64,000 nucleotides of DNA from Marsupella aquatica (taxonomy: Eukaryota; Plantae; Marchantiophyta). Positions 38,516-52,597 of the stretch are shown piece after piece; the stretch's first letter is position 1, and each line of letters begins with the position of its first letter. Position numbers and translations under genes: made by a program. Where the stretch lies: the NCBI GenBank assembly GCA_973895155.1, contig OZ316891.1, positions 5,427,708 through 5,491,707 of the forward strand, read 5' to 3'. The notes below the pieces were generated by a model. It had not been told where the DNA came from and ran no database searches. It worked only from the letters and a program-made list of their open reading frames with translations.

Positions 38516-40340
38516 ATGTCTAATTTGGCTCACAGAAAGTTGCTCGGATTCATTCTGCTTCTCACTCACATAATAGCTGGAGCGTTCACTCAACAGGTGC
38601 CCCCTACGTTAAGCAGGCCATTCGATGCGCTCTATCATAAGACGTGGAACCCTGACAAAATTCACCGTTCCAGCGATGGGAGCATTGGACTGACATTGGA
38701 TCTAAAGGAAGATGGTATGTGTACAATTTCTTAGTCTGGAGCTAGACGTACATTCAAATTGAATTGCCTCAGTGGCATTCTTGCTGTGCAATATTCAACA
38801 TAGAAAATTTTAATGATTCAATTTTCTATCTGTGACTTTAATTTCCAGCAGCATGGACCTATTTTCTAATAACGTGGAATCCACTAATCGGGCACTGCAA
38901 TTACTTGTCTAGACTCAGGCCTGTGGTATGTAAAGGGTATGTATATTGAACCAACTGACGATGATCTGCATCAGTCACTTTACATACAATGAATTACTCT
39001 CCAACCTAGTTGATGAAGTTCGGAGAAAATTTCAGTTTTACGTAGGTCTGAATTATTCATGGCGCGGAACTAGGAGGACTGTATTAGTCGCGAAATGGAT
39101 CTGCTCTACACGAGTGTCGCGTATGGTCGGCAAGATCTTATAATTTGATCGCTTCCGATTCCGGTTTTCTCTTCAGGTTCGGGGTATTCCTCACGAAACC
39201 TACACTTGTTTGGATATATTAGCACTGCGATCAAGCTCGTCGCGGGGGACTCGTCTGGAGTTGTCACTGCATATTATGTAAGTCGCTAGACTGAGTTCGT
39301 GTCTTTAATCACGTTGCCCAGCAAATTATGTATTACATTACCTTTCTCCTCCTTTGCTGCACGACCAACAGTCCCATATAGATATTGCTGTATATATAGC
39401 ACGACGATGACTTGGAAAGTTGTTGTCTTTACTTCAATGCAATGCAACAGATGTCCTCGAATATAACCAAGACTGACCACGACGAGCTAGATTTCGAATT
39501 TCTGGGAAACAAGAGCGGAGAACCTTACGTTCTTCAGACTAACGTCTTTGCTAACGGAGTAGGCCGTAGAGAACAGCGAATTTATCTGTGGTTCGACCCA
39601 ACCGCAGGGTACCACAACTATTCTGTGCTCTGGAACAAGGAGATTATCATGTAAGTGAACTGTCGGACTTCACTACTGTAGTCAAATTCTTGCAGCTAGT
39701 TTCTTCAAAATTATGGGGATAGCTTAGAAGAACACCGAAATGACACCTCGTTGGCAGCAAAAGCTCCTTCCAACTTTTTGCAGCTAATTTCTTTGACTGA
39801 CCCGGGGAGTGACCCAAATTGCTAGAGTGATCATTAGAACGAATGGGTCACCATATTTGAAACACGAATATCTATGTTCTAACCATAAATCGAGGTGCTG
39901 ACTCTTAAATTTTGCTGAACTTGTGGATCAGTTTTTCTGTCGACGAAGTACCCATCCGGGTGTTCCAAAACAATGAAAATCTTGGCGTGGGCTACCCTCG
40001 GAGTCGGCCTATGGGAATATATTCCACTATCTGGAACGGACAAACGTGGGCCACTCGTGGGGGCCGTGACAAAATAGATTGGACTCAAGCTCCTTTCGTT
40101 GCATCTTTCGGAAACTTCATAATAGATTCTTGCTGGTATTCACCCTCTTCCGGCAATTCTACGGTTCATATTGGCTCTTGTGCAACATTTAACAAATGGT
40201 GGGCTCAGCCGAAGTTCCAAAGTTTGGATAGAAACCTTCGAACCCAAATGAAATGGGTGAAGGAGTACTACATGATCTATGACTACTGCACCGATAGTAA
40301 GAGATATCCTGTGGCTCCTCCAGAGTGCGCCACAAACTAG
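38516..40340 (+). CDS. XTH: Xyloglucan endotransglucosylase/hydrolase (GH16), 4 exons
   Basis: Exons 38516-38714, 39177-39277, 39451-39650, 39932-40340; signal-peptide-like N-terminus; catalytic DELDFEFLG; WATRGG; YDYCTD. Confidence 0.95.
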
Positions 40341-43300
40341 AATGAATTTAAGTACTCTAACTAGCTCAATTTCAGTAGGTAGTAGTATTAATTATACCAG
40401 AGATTAGGCAGAATGACATGCCCACATGATATTAGATGAAATAAGCCAGAGAAATTTACTCGAACGAAACTAAACAATACATCTACTGGGCAGAACCTGG
40501 CTTAGTTTCGAGATGGAGGCTTCCAGCTTCAGAAGTTGCTGAAAAAAACTAAACGGGACCGATTTTTACAGGGTGGTGGAGCGCTTACATAATCCACGTC
40601 GTTAATTGGTCGGCGGTTCGTTCCAGAATATAATTGTACCTAGTGTTATTGAACTTTTCGACCGTATGAAATGTGAAATAAGAATTCTCGAAACGCTGGA
40701 TCTAGCAGTTTGTTATCCCGACCTATGGATTATCTGACCGTATAAGATTCGAAACTCCCTGATCAAGAAGGGGTTGCAAGTCAATCCCTGAGAAGTGAGC
40801 AGGGATCTCATCCTAACTTCATTTAGTCGTCCCTACTTAACTGGTCAAAAGAATATTGCTTATAAATGCAACCTTCTCTGACAACGTTAAGAAATGACAT
40901 AAATTGAATAAATTATAGAGTGCGATATTTGAACTTGTTCGGTTCAAAGACCAACGTCGTTAGGAGAATGCGTCGTGCGTCAAATCATACAAAGATGGCG
41001 CTTTGTGAAATCCCTCTTCTTCTAGTCAGCCTGCTGTACATTATTAGTATCGTGGCATAGTAGCTGTGGAACTCATATATATTCATTCATCTTCTCATTG
41101 AAACGTACCCTGAAATCGCTGCTGCAAGAACGCATCATTCTTTCGATTCAGACTACACAACAATTGATAAAGTACTGCGACGTGACTGGTAAGACCTGGC
41201 TAAGTCAATCTTGACCTCCGGTACGTATTGAGCACTGAAAAAGCGTTTCCAATGAATGTTCAATGTACAACTAACGCTCGTTTTGAATAAATCGAATAAA
41301 TAGCGCAATTGCACATCAACCTTCTGTCTAATCGAAAATGCCACGCTTGTGCTGGGGATGAGGAAAGATCCATTCCCAATGTGACATGTATTCATGTCTG
41401 CTTGTTCGCCCTGCTCATAAAGTCTAGTAGTAAGAGCCTGGAGCTAGCTTGTTTAGAATGTGAAATAATGCCCAAAATCTTGAAGACCTACGTGTCACCT
41501 TGGAGATTCAGCTTATTGCAGCTTGGAGAATCAGTGAAAACATTCTTATGACAGAGGACAGTTGATAGCTTTATCCACCATCCTTTCAATCACAAGTCAG
41601 CATATGTTTGAGTGCCGACATTCGCAGGCCATCAGGGAACACAATTTATTCCTACTTTTCAAGAGAAATGTGGAGTTTACACAAGCGAGGAGAGCTGGTG
41701 ATGATAATCAAGAATTTGGTGACATGGCGATTATTAGGGCACACCAAACTGTAGGTAATAGGGCTCGGAAAACCACCAAATTGGGTTCAGTGACAGTATC
41801 AGATCGAGAAGCAAGAGATCCGATTCCTTTCAAGTCATGCATTCTGACCTAGCTCGAGGGAGAGGTTTTATCAACTTTGCATTTCTACAGTTGACAGAAC
41901 GATGAAAACAGAGTATCTAGCTGGACACATTACATTCAGTGTCGTAGTTGAACACCGAATGGATACAGCCTTAAAGCGATTAAGTTTATATTTGATCCCC
42001 TCTCACGATAACTACATCAAAACAAAGCTAGGTGGAACCGGTTTGCAACACAATGCAAGCCTGGATCTTACTGTGTTACTGTGAATTGTTGTGTGAGGAC
42101 GTGTCACGCAACAAGGATCTTACGGCCTTCCAAGAGTGCAACAAGGCAATCTATCATCCCAGTCGATACTCCAGGTACCATTTCCTCGTGTGGGTGTGGG
42201 AACATGCACGTTTCATCCGAGCTACAGGAGCCTTCACCTATGCTTTCGTTGAGTCCTCTGAGGCCAAAGTTTTCGGGACGCTCTCACCTTCGCCAATCTA
42301 CCGAACATTTTCAATTCCATCACTTCTTCGAAGGGTTGGGGCATCTCCTTGCGATCACTCTCGCCATGACTACATCTGATATGACCGTCTCTCAGAGTGT
42401 CTTTGACAATTGATACTGACACTAATAACAGCCAAATTAGGATTCTGAGACAACGAAATTCCTTTTGGAGAGAAAGAAGTGTACATTGCGTACAATATAC
42501 CACTAGGTATACGATTAACGCATGGTACTTTTTGTTTGTTTGTTTATGAGGTGGACTGGTACCGTCTCTGTACTTTCGGAACCTCTAGCTGGTTACTTGG
42601 TTAGGCAAGGAGGTTGATGTACAGTTGAAACTGAGGAGTCATCATAGGCAATGAATGAGAGTTAGTTACGAAGTGCCCCCGGGGAAGTGCCAGCTAAAAG
42701 CACTGTCCTAATAAGACGGGGTCAAGAGCAGTAACACGCTCCCTACGAGGACCCGGTGATCCGTCTGATCAGTATGCGTTCCCCGTCAGCATCTTGTACG
42801 AGTTCAACCTCGCCAGCCAGAATGCCCCCCTGGCATGGCACGGAATGCAACTGACCGTCTACGGCCAATAGTAGGACTGACGACGTCAATCACGGTGTGC
42901 CCAGCTGGAACGCGGTCCCGACGGTCTGCAGCTTCGTCTTCCACAGCTCGATCCGTTGGGACTCCTGTACCCACCATGTAAAAAACCATCCGACAAGCAA
43001 TTCACAGAGTTTTCAGGACATCTATCTGGAAATTGGCAAATTGGCAAAATTTATTCTGGATGTTCATTGACTCTATCACAAGTAAGTTTCCCCCCTGCCA
43101 AATTATTTGATAAAAAACATGTGAGTTGCACAGATAATATATACTATCATCACTTAGTCATCTGTACAAAAGCTTAATTGCTAGATTCAATTGCACCACA
43201 GTCAAGAGAAGAAACAAGCTGAGACCCTCATGGATCCAAATCTGAAGGTAGGTTCCTCCAAAACCTATCTGTACCCACCAGCATCCCTGATACCTACCTT

Positions 43301-46300
43301 CTGAGGTAATCGTTCTTTTGAGCTATCTCCAATGACAACCCCTGAGATTTTATAAAGAGGCGCAAATTTTTTCATATCAAGGGTCCAATCGATTCGAGAT
43401 TTGCATGACTTGTATTCGAACTCACTCAATCAACGCATTGAACGATGCACTTTCCACAGAGTTGTGACCTGGAATGTAAGGGCAATTAGAAGACCCCAGA
43501 CAGAGTTGTGAATTACTATACTAAGTAATTATAAGTCCAGTTTATTCAATGAAGAACAAACTATGTCCAACTGTAGTTTGAAGAAAGTTCCTGATCGATG
43601 TGTGACGGGCTATAGAACAGACAGTCCAGTTACTATGACCACAGGGTACTCGCAAGTAACTGCTAAGCGCTGCAGTGTAGTTCATAGGGTTTGGCCGTGG
43701 TTCCGTAGTAGTGTGGACCTGCTCAATTAACTAGCAGAATGGAACGGACGGAGATTCTAAGAGTCGGACAGGTCACGATCAACCGAGCTTTTATGTGCAG
43801 GCCAACGGAGTCGCCTACACACGTGAGCTACCGTGCTCTCAAATTTCAGTGCCTGGCTTGGGCTACCATTGCCGTGGTCTCGGCATGTAATCAGAAACCA
43901 TAGGAAGTACTTATCGAGAGCGTAGAATTGGATTCTGTCACGAAGTTGAAACATCACTTGCCGTATTGATTTCACGTATTGATGTCACAAATTAATAAAT
44001 TTTTCGTAGTCTGGGAGGAAGTCATTGTGCCGCTTTGCTACTTGCTCAATCAATGGCTTACATTAATTACCATAAACAACCTCGTCTTGACAGCTACGTT
44101 GCAGTGAATTCATACGGTTATCACGGGAGGGCATTGAGAGTTTCTGTACGTGAGGGGCTGCGGAACCTATTGGAAACCGAATCGGCGCACCCATCCTTTG
44201 AAGCTATTTTGCCAAGTAACAGGAATTTTACACTTCTCAATGATCAATCTATTGGTCTTCTCTTGAAGAAGAAGATATCTTGGTCGTCCAGAATGGTCTC
44301 TGCAAGATCGATGAGCCTCCGCAAGCCCTTACGTATGTCGTTGGTTAAGTTTTTCGTTGTTCTGGGTTATTATCTGATCATCGCAGTCACCCAATGGCAT
44401 AACACAGCGGTGATGTGTTGAGTACTCCAATGCATGCAAGGACGTACATCACAGTGAAAATAGTGGAAGTACTGCAATCCCAGCAAAAGCTTAATCAGGA
44501 CCACCTCGATCGTCACGGTCGACATTGGAATTCTCTCTGTCGAATTCGACACAAAACACGGCTAGCTACGACGGACTCACATGTGTACTCTGCAAGAGTG
44601 TGAATTTGTACCGGATCTACATTAGCTCGATCGCCTTTTGTACTATAAGTTACTAACAGTAGAGGTCCGAGCATTCAATTCTGCATTCTACACTACTACA
44701 TCCTGTGGTGTGCAGTATGATCTCTGTGTTGGAGGTGCACAGCGATTCTCAATGAGCCAATGAGGGGTGTCCTGGTAGATTTGTTAGGTCTACTCTACCC
44801 ACCCTGAGAGAGAGGTAGTTTTACACGAGGTATTTGCTCGATCACCCCCAAAATGAAACTTGTTACTTGATGGACCCTCTATCACCAGTCCAGATCTGAG
44901 ATCGAGGTCCATCAATGGTCTAGATTGGGGAAAAATATTTAGGGGGTTGATTAAGCAAACTTTTTCCAGAAGGGGGTCTACTAAGCATATCTCTCGGGAT
45001 AGTGGGCAATCCAATTAAGTCACTCTGTAGATGGGAGCATCGTGTTGTTAAGTAATGACTGCATCTCCACTGATTGCACAATATAATTATGGGAGAAAAA
45101 TACATGCTTGTCTCCTTACAACAATTTTGATGTTAGTAGCAGTGCATGTCACGGGTAGAGATGACCTGACCACAATTTTTTTAGGGTTGGGACATACATT
45201 GTTACTAGGGTTTTTCAGTACTGGGCCATGCAGCTAGAGTGGGGTTCCACACCACTTTGGTCTGCTAGGACTTTTAAGGCATGTTCCATCAGCCCTCAAA
45301 GAGACTGTAGCCCAATATCAGCTCCAAGAATCTTGGGCAAGATATGAACCCATCTGTTACGTACTGTAGGGCAACCCTCAAGTCTCTGCCAGAGGTATTG
45401 TGTGATGAAAGTGTACATGAATTTTTGCTAGACAGTGAGGAGAGACTTAAATATTGATATAGTAGCAAGTGGTTCTTAAATAATGCCTAAGCTATTGATT
45501 GTTGCTTCAGACTTCTGTATTTCTAGTGTATTCCTACACTACATATGGCCCCTCGTATGGGTAGCAAGTTTGCTAGCCAAAACGGGAGTTACTAAAACAA
45601 TTACACTGACAAAAGTTATGAAATGAGATTCTGGCTAGCTAGGGAATAAGGTGGCTAAAGGGGTGTATATTTAGGGTTTTGTTCCTCCTATGAAGAAAAA
45701 GTAAGGTCATGCATGCTGAGTATTTTTTCCTCGTTGCAAGATATTTTCCTCTTTGCTCACACATTACAACTACCCCAGGTTTCTAATTAACCATGGATGG
45801 GCAACAGAGCCTTAGTTCACTCTGTCACGCTAGCTAGCCTTCTATAACATGGGAAGGATTATTCATTAAAATTGTCACTTGGACCATACTTATCACTATA
45901 CCTGGCAGTTGTATGTGCAATGAGGACATACTTAATTAGTTGCCTAAGGGTGACTATACTAAGCTAGAATGCCATACATCGATCTAACTAAGGGTGACTA
46001 CAACCTTAATTAAACCATTATTACTACCCTTTTCAAAAGCTTATCTGAGTGTTCACTTGATATCAATCTATATTTAATTCAAGACGATGACGTACATGTT
46101 CACTTTTCATTAAATACAAGCAATCCCTGTACCACATGGGGCACCTTAGCTTTTGAATTATGAGTACTCTTAAAGCCCTCCACTCTTTTTAGTTAAAGCC
46201 AGGTTTAAATTTGTTCTCTCAAGAGTTTCTATTTGCATGGTACAATGTTCTTGCAGGTAGATGGAGTTCAGCAATGTTCAGAGAACTGCTCTCACTGGAC

Positions 46301-46959
46301 AAGCACTCTACTGCTTTCACAATTACAAACTATTTTTTCAGGAACAACTTATTAATGTTGGACACCAAAATTTCTAGAGGCCCTTATATGAGTCAGAGCA
46401 TTGTCTTAAGAAAAGTATGCATCTTCCAATTGCCTGCCCTTGGGCTTTATGTTTGACTAGCTCAATGCCAGTGCATGCATTGCACAGTATTGTCAATAAT
46501 AAGTGATTTTGAGCCAAAGTGTTGTCAACCTTCCAATTAACCTAAGTGATCTAGCCAGGCAGTTGGACGCTAGGGACAGAGTTCACGTGCCGAGTTAGCC
46601 TAGCAATTGAATTTCATATAGTGTGCAAGCTGCGGGGAGTGTGAAGGTTGTGGCTGGGCATGGAAAATGTGCACAGTGGCACCATTATTTACATCTCATT
46701 GATGGCTACCTACAAAATTGTCAAAATAATCCAAAGCCAGGAAAGCTTCCCACCAGAATGACATTTTGTAAATAGATCTTTAGCAAGAGAGTGGGATTCA
46801 TTGTTCATATGATGCTCCCATGGAAAAACTGTACCATTTATAGATTTGAACATATCTTGCATAGGCCCAAATGCAAAGCCACCCCTAGCACATGGGCTAG
46901 CCTGCCTTATGAATAGGGAGAACTTCACTTCTAAACCTGCCACCACTAACCCCAAATAA

Positions 46960-47660
46960 AGGGGAAGTTTCCAAGACTTCCCCTCTTTTTCCACATTGTA
47001 CTCATTCTTTCTCTCTATCATAGAGTTTGCTCCATTTCACCAAAAAGGTAGTTTTAAGGGTAGCTACTAGGGGTAACCTTTTTAATAGGCAGGTGTGGTT
47101 TAAACCACCACTCTCTACCAGGTTGGGGGAAGACAAAAAAGTGCACTTTATTACTTATTCACTCATTTCAGTAGTAACTTGGATTCATTCACCATTTTTA
47201 TTATCTTTTTCCTAGAATTGTGGAGCAAAGTCTAACCTAGAGGAGAGGAATGTGAAGAGGCAGAAATCTTGGACATATCTCCTTTGATATGGCCAGTGGT
47301 GGTTTAAGCCCTAAATTCAATAGCCATGACAAAAACCTGGTTTCACCCTAATTAATATTCTTTCCTGAATTTGTGGAGCAATATGGAACGGGAGAGAAGA
47401 AGAATGAGAGGAAAGTGAAAAAGGGAGAAGTCCTGAACACTTTCCCCTTTTATAAAGCTAGTGGCGGTTTAAATAGAAGTAGCTTCTAAATGGGCAGGTG
47501 TGGTTTAAACCGCCACTAGCCTCCACTAAAACGTGGTTACATAGATTTCACCAATTTATGTACTTTTTCCCAAAACTGTGGAGCAAAGTGTCATGGCCAA
47601 GGAGAGGAATATGAAAAAGTAGAAGTTTGGGACACTCTTGCTTTTATATGGCCAGTGGAG
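46960..47660. repeat. Degenerate ~150-200-bp repeat family with GTGGTTTAAACC(A/G)C palindromes (probable TE relic)
   Basis: TGTGGAGCAA...GAGAGGAAT...GGACA...ATATGGCCAGTGG units near 47218, 47371 and 47577; palindromes near 47094 and 47500; an inverted related copy near 60190-60285. Confidence 0.55.
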
Positions 47661-47723
47661 AACCTAAACACTCCTTTGTTTTAAAGGGAAAATTTGTGAA
47701 ACCTCAGATAAAGGGAAGAGTCA

Positions 47724-47850
47724 GCCACAATAGTTGAACCCAAGACCTTTCAGTCTCTATTCAAGTGAACTAGCCACAATAGTTGAACCCGCCACAATAG
47801 TTGAACCCAAGACCTTTGAGTCTCTATTCAAGTGAGCTACCAATCATGCC
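47724..47850 (-). mobile_element. tRNA-derived SINE-head-like fragment, locally duplicated
   Basis: Minus strand GGCATGATTGGTAGCTCAC...AGGTCTTGGGTTCAACTATTGTGGC shows A-box-like and B-box-like (GGTTCAA) motifs; GCCACAATAGTTGAACCC is repeated three times. Confidence 0.4.
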
Positions 47851-49252
47851 TATCTGGGCTGGACACTCCTCCTTTTATATGGCCAGTGTACCTCCTTTTA
47901 TATGGCCAATGTACTTTTATATGGCCAGAGTTTACAGAAAAGTTGAACCTGGTTAGTTTAGAAGAGTGGAGACCATTTGTTCCTTATGCCAGAGTTTGCT
48001 GATAAGTTGAACCTGGTTAGTTTAGAAGAGTGGCAAGAACAAAAGCCGGTAATAACAGATTGTACATTATTTGAATTTCAACTTGAACTCCTTGGCGCTA
48101 ATAAGAAAACAGACTCTCTGGTCCTCTCTCTTTTGCACATGTCGATCGACAATAGAACTGAGAGCACGCCAAGGTCTATGAATGCACCCAAGGTCTATGA
48201 ATGTACCTCCGAATAAAATCAATCCAGAGAAACTAATAAGTACGTCCGGCATGGATCCAACAATATTCCAATCGCCGTGAACTGGAGCGGTGGTAAGTGT
48301 GGTAACAGTATCGCGTACCCCACAAGAGACAGTACGTAAATACGTGATCTCGTGAGTGGTTCTCCACCATCGCCATCGCTTGCCTTCAATTCCAGTTTCC
48401 ACAGTTCAAGCGAGTCAGTGTGGCCTACTTGCCTGTCGTATGATTGTGGTTGTTGTTATCATGACTCTCGCGATGGAGACTATGCGTAATTCTCCGCTCG
48501 TCGATGCTCATCAGCTCGGACTACTGCTACTTTTGTCCGTCTACAAATTTTCTTGTGGGCTCCTGACTCGTGAGCTACTACGATGTCAATTCAATGTCAA
48601 GCCTTTGATCCGTCTGTTGCCGAATTAGTGAGCTCCTGGTCATTCAATAGGTGCTACACTCCCACCACCTTCCTTCTTGGCACGCGTTCTCCGCAGAGTA
48701 TTTATTAGGGCGGACCTCGAGTTCAGTGGAGTGGAGTGGAGTGGAGTGGCTGCAATCAGTGTTCCTGGCAGCATTGGGCTCGATTGGCATTGCTCGTGCT
48801 CCGCCTAGCTTCCCTCTGATTGAGGGCATGAGGGCGGACTTGAGTTGGGCTGTCGACGCAATAGCTGCTGGGTGGGTTTGAGGAGGCTGCATGCATTGTT
48901 CGCTCCTCTCTGCTCGATCTCTTTGTCTTTCATGAGAACGAATGCGTTGATTCAGAAGCTCTTGAATGTGTGGAATTGAGGGATTAAGAGGCTAGGTAGC
49001 ACTCTCTCTGCATGCCTTGCCTTAGAGCGGTCGCTGTTTGTCGATCGGTGGACACAGGAGGACGTCTATACGGTCATTGTCGAAAGCAGTGGCCCATTTC
49101 TTCGTCTTTCTTAGTACTGAAGGGGAAGTCTTTATTGAGTGGAAGCGCATCGCAGCTGTTGACATCGATTGACAAATCGACTTAATTTGAAGGCCGGAGG
49201 GTTTGGTACAGTCCGTCAATTCGTGAGGTGGGGGTGTGATCGAGCCGTAGCC

Positions 49253-51485
49253 ATGTCTTTCTCGGCCCTCACATGCGCAATGAGTTGCAATAATAACGAG
49301 GTGGGAGGTCGACAACAGGGCATGTGGCGGAGAACTTTGGGGCTCTACGCGCTTCTGATCGTCGTGTCCACCTGCCTCAACGCTGTCCACAGTTTCAAGC
49401 CTCCCAACGGACCGAGTCGTGGAACTTTCAGCCAGTACTTCGACGTCACATGGGCGCCTGACCATGTTCAGACGTCTAATGGTGATACTCAAGTTCAACT
49501 CACGCTCGACCAAGCGAATAGTGAGTTCAGTTCGAACCATTCGCAATTGTCGTACCTTCGAATTTGTTTCAGGACGATGGAAGGGTTTCGCCATAGTATG
49601 GGTTCCATGTTTGGCTTCTTGCTGAACAACAGACAGTCCACTTGATTTCCCGAGAACATTTATTCATTCCCTCTCAAAATGGATGAAAGCAAAAACCTAC
49701 CTCAAGATGATTGTGTGGCACTAAGACTCGCATCTCGGACTGTAGAGCTCCCGACTTTTATCTCGTCGGTCACCTCATGTTTTGCTTTCAGATATTATTT
49801 AAGTGATTTGGTGACCCTGTTGGCGCTCGAATATTAGGTGGGGGAAGTTTTGATGGCCCCTGCAGCAACGTCTTCTTTCTTTTCCGGATTCTTCTAGATT
49901 GAAATGCGTAGGTGTTTGCAATGGCAGGGATTCCACGTCCCCCAATGCCATTTCGAAGGTCTAATTTGCGTTTGTTTTCCATGTTCAGCATCGTCCTTCG
50001 CATCTAAAGGCAAGTACCTCTTTGGTTACCTCAGCACGGGCATCAAACTCGTTCCGAGTGACTCTGCTGGGACTGTAAGTGCGTATTACGTAAGTCTGCC
50101 AAACGACTTCCTTGGTTTGTCAGTTTTTTGACGCAATCCATCGATGAGGATCTCACAAATTGAATCCTCTCTTCGATTGATCATCGTGATCATCTCTTTG
50201 CTAGCGTGAACATTATGATCTCTTCGACGAGTGTGTCGTAAACACCGTAGAAAGCATAACTCACAGTACTACACGGACGTTCTACGTTGAGTAATGGTGA
50301 TGTTGAAGTCAGTCTGCATGTCCAGGGAATCAATTCTTGTTTGCTCATCGCTTCCTTGAGAGACAGTGGCAATGACGAAATTTCACCCGGATTGTGCCTC
50401 AGCTAGCGTCAGACACTGGTAACAAGCGAGATGAGCTCGACTTCGAGTTTCTGGGGAATTCCAGTGGCGAGCCCTACATATTACAGACCAACATTTTCGC
50501 TAATGGGATCGGGCGGCGGGAGCAGCGTATTTATCTCTGGTTTGACCCCTCGGCAGATTTCCATAAATATTCTGTGCTCTGGAACCAACAGCAGATTGTG
50601 TAAGTTCGCTTGACTTCAATTCCAGAGAACTTCAATTTCTAAGGATTTGTCTTATAATCTATCATCCATTTCTAGCTAATTGACCTCAGCGCTGGCCTCA
50701 CAAATTCCCTTAGATTATTCTCATCGGAGGCGTCCCAGAGAAACGAATCTTTCCTCCCTGCAACATGTGCATCCCAACCAAGAAGGGTTCATCATTACAC
50801 CAGCATGGCATCTTGATGCAGAGTGTACATAGAAAACAGTTGTATAGTTCTAGCTGTCTGTTTTATCCCTTAGAAATTGACGCTCTACGTAAGGAATAAG
50901 ACATCGAGTTGCTACTCTGGAGAAGCAAGGTGACATATCAGATTGGCATTGTTGTAGATCAGTGTATGTATGGTCCTCAGTAGGTCATGACTAAGGTAAA
51001 TTGGCTTTCTTAAAGAGATTTCATTGCGCAGCCTTTTGAGATGAGCAGTGAGTGAAATTTGTTCCTAACGCCCAATATAATCTCATGGCAGGTTTTATGT
51101 GGACGATTATCCCATCCGAATCTTCCAGAACAAGGAGGCTGAGGGCATTGCCTTTCCAAAAGCTCAGCCCATGGGCATTTTCGCTAGTCTTTGGAACGGG
51201 GACAGTTGGGCAACGCAAGGAGGTGCTGTGAAGCTGAATTGGACATATGCCCCGTTTGTAGCATCCTTCGGAAACTTTGACATTCAAGCTTGTGAGGACA
51301 CCTCAGGCTCCAATTGCGCTAAAGATGATGGCTGGTGGTCAGCAGCTGAATACCAGAGCTTGGGCCAGGCCGATGTCAGCAAACTTAAGTGGGTACAGCG
51401 GAACTACATGGTATATGACTACTGCACCGATACGCTCAGATATGCCCAGCCTCCTCCAGACTGTATCCGACTCTCAGGAACGTAA
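49253..51485 (+). CDS. XTH: Xyloglucan endotransglucosylase/hydrolase (GH16), 4 exons
   Basis: Exons 49253-49520, 49989-50089, 50403-50599, 51092-51485; DELDFEFLG; WATQGG; YDYCTD. Start codon uncertain (49253, 49280 or 49322). Confidence 0.94.
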
Positions 51486-51676
51486 AGAATCCTTCATACC
51501 GCTTAATTAGCTGATCTGCACTCATCAATTCTCAGTTTCTGAGCAATCGATGACCTGGCATCTCTTCTATATATTCTCAGGTGCTATTTGGCTAAACCCC
51601 TGAATGCACCTACTTAAACGTTAGCCCCAAAAAATGAGCCATCACTTTAAGTATGCAGTTAAAGTTTACCAGCAGA

Positions 51677-52345
51677 TCAGATCGACATGGTGTTGAAATC
51701 TTCTAGCTGCTTCAAATGGCATAATAAGCTGTTACAGTGCAAGCTTGAAATCAAGTGAGATTGATCACTGCGTGAGGCTGGGCCTATCACGCGACTTATA
51801 CCTGAGGTATCTTTATTAGTAAGTGGAACGGCCATCGTGGAAAAGCAATAAATTATGGAGCGACCATTGTCGCTGTAAATGGTACTTATCTCCTTTGAAC
51901 TCATGGGAACTGTTGCCAATTTTGCTGGCAATTGGGTTGTCTCCTTGTTTTCTAGATTAATCCATAATGCATCGATTGACACTATTGTACTCGTGACGTA
52001 ATTTTTCAATGTTTTATCTGGATTTTTCTTATGTCTAGAAGTTGTGGATCCAAGTTCTTTGGCATCTGTTGCTTGAGATTCGAAATCTTCGCTTCTAATC
52101 CAACTGTCTGCATGTAGTTCTACCAGTCTTTGCTGCATGTTCTGTATTGCCTTCGAATGTATTGTTTTAGTAGTAGAACTTGGCAACAGATGGAGCTCTA
52201 CCCGATTCCACTGATTCATAAGCTGTTTAACTATCCCCTCACTACACCACAATTGTGATGTAGCTGTGACGTAATTATCACCCAATGAAGCTTTAGCAAT
52301 CATGAATGGACCAGTGTGAGATCTTGTTGTAACGGAGAGGTCCAT
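51677..52345 (-). CDS. Intronless 222-aa ORF of unknown function
   Basis: Long uninterrupted ORF next to an organellar insert; no family recognised. Confidence 0.3.
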   Translation of the reverse strand: MDLSVTTRSHTGPFMIAKASLGDNYVTATSQLWCSEGIVKQLMNQWNRVELHLLPSSTTKTIHSKAIQNMQQRLVELHADSWIRSEDFESQATDAKELGSTTSRHKKNPDKTLKNYVTSTIVSIDALWINLENKETTQLPAKLATVPMSSKEISTIYSDNGRSIIYCFSTMAVPLTNKDTSGISRVIGPASRSDQSHLISSLHCNSLLCHLKQLEDFNTMSI

Positions 52346-52486
52346 CAGTCATATCAGTGTCACTATCAAAATTCACTGCACGTGCTAAGCCTCCCAAGGC
52401 TATCCGCTCACCAGCACCACAATTGTGATAAATTTTTGACGTAATATTCACCCGATAGAAGCTCTGCATTGATGTATCAGTCTGAG

Positions 52487-52597
52487 AGACCAGGTCGTGA
52501 GGCGTTCCCCGGAGATGTCCTTCCCAGGAGATGTCTTCTATTTACATTCTCGTTTATTAGAAAGATCCGCTAAAATGTCAGACCAGACTGGTGTGGG
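52487..52597 (+). pseudogene. atp1: Mitochondrial atp1 fragment (NUMT)
   Basis: Translates [11 protein letters not shown], then a short duplication, then [23 protein letters not shown], matching the conserved ATP synthase alpha-subunit segment of mitochondrial type. Confidence 0.85.

Noticed and set aside
52270-52300. LGDN in the orphan ORF as a viral polymerase GDN motif
   Set aside because: A single short motif near the N-terminus, with no other RdRp motifs recognisable
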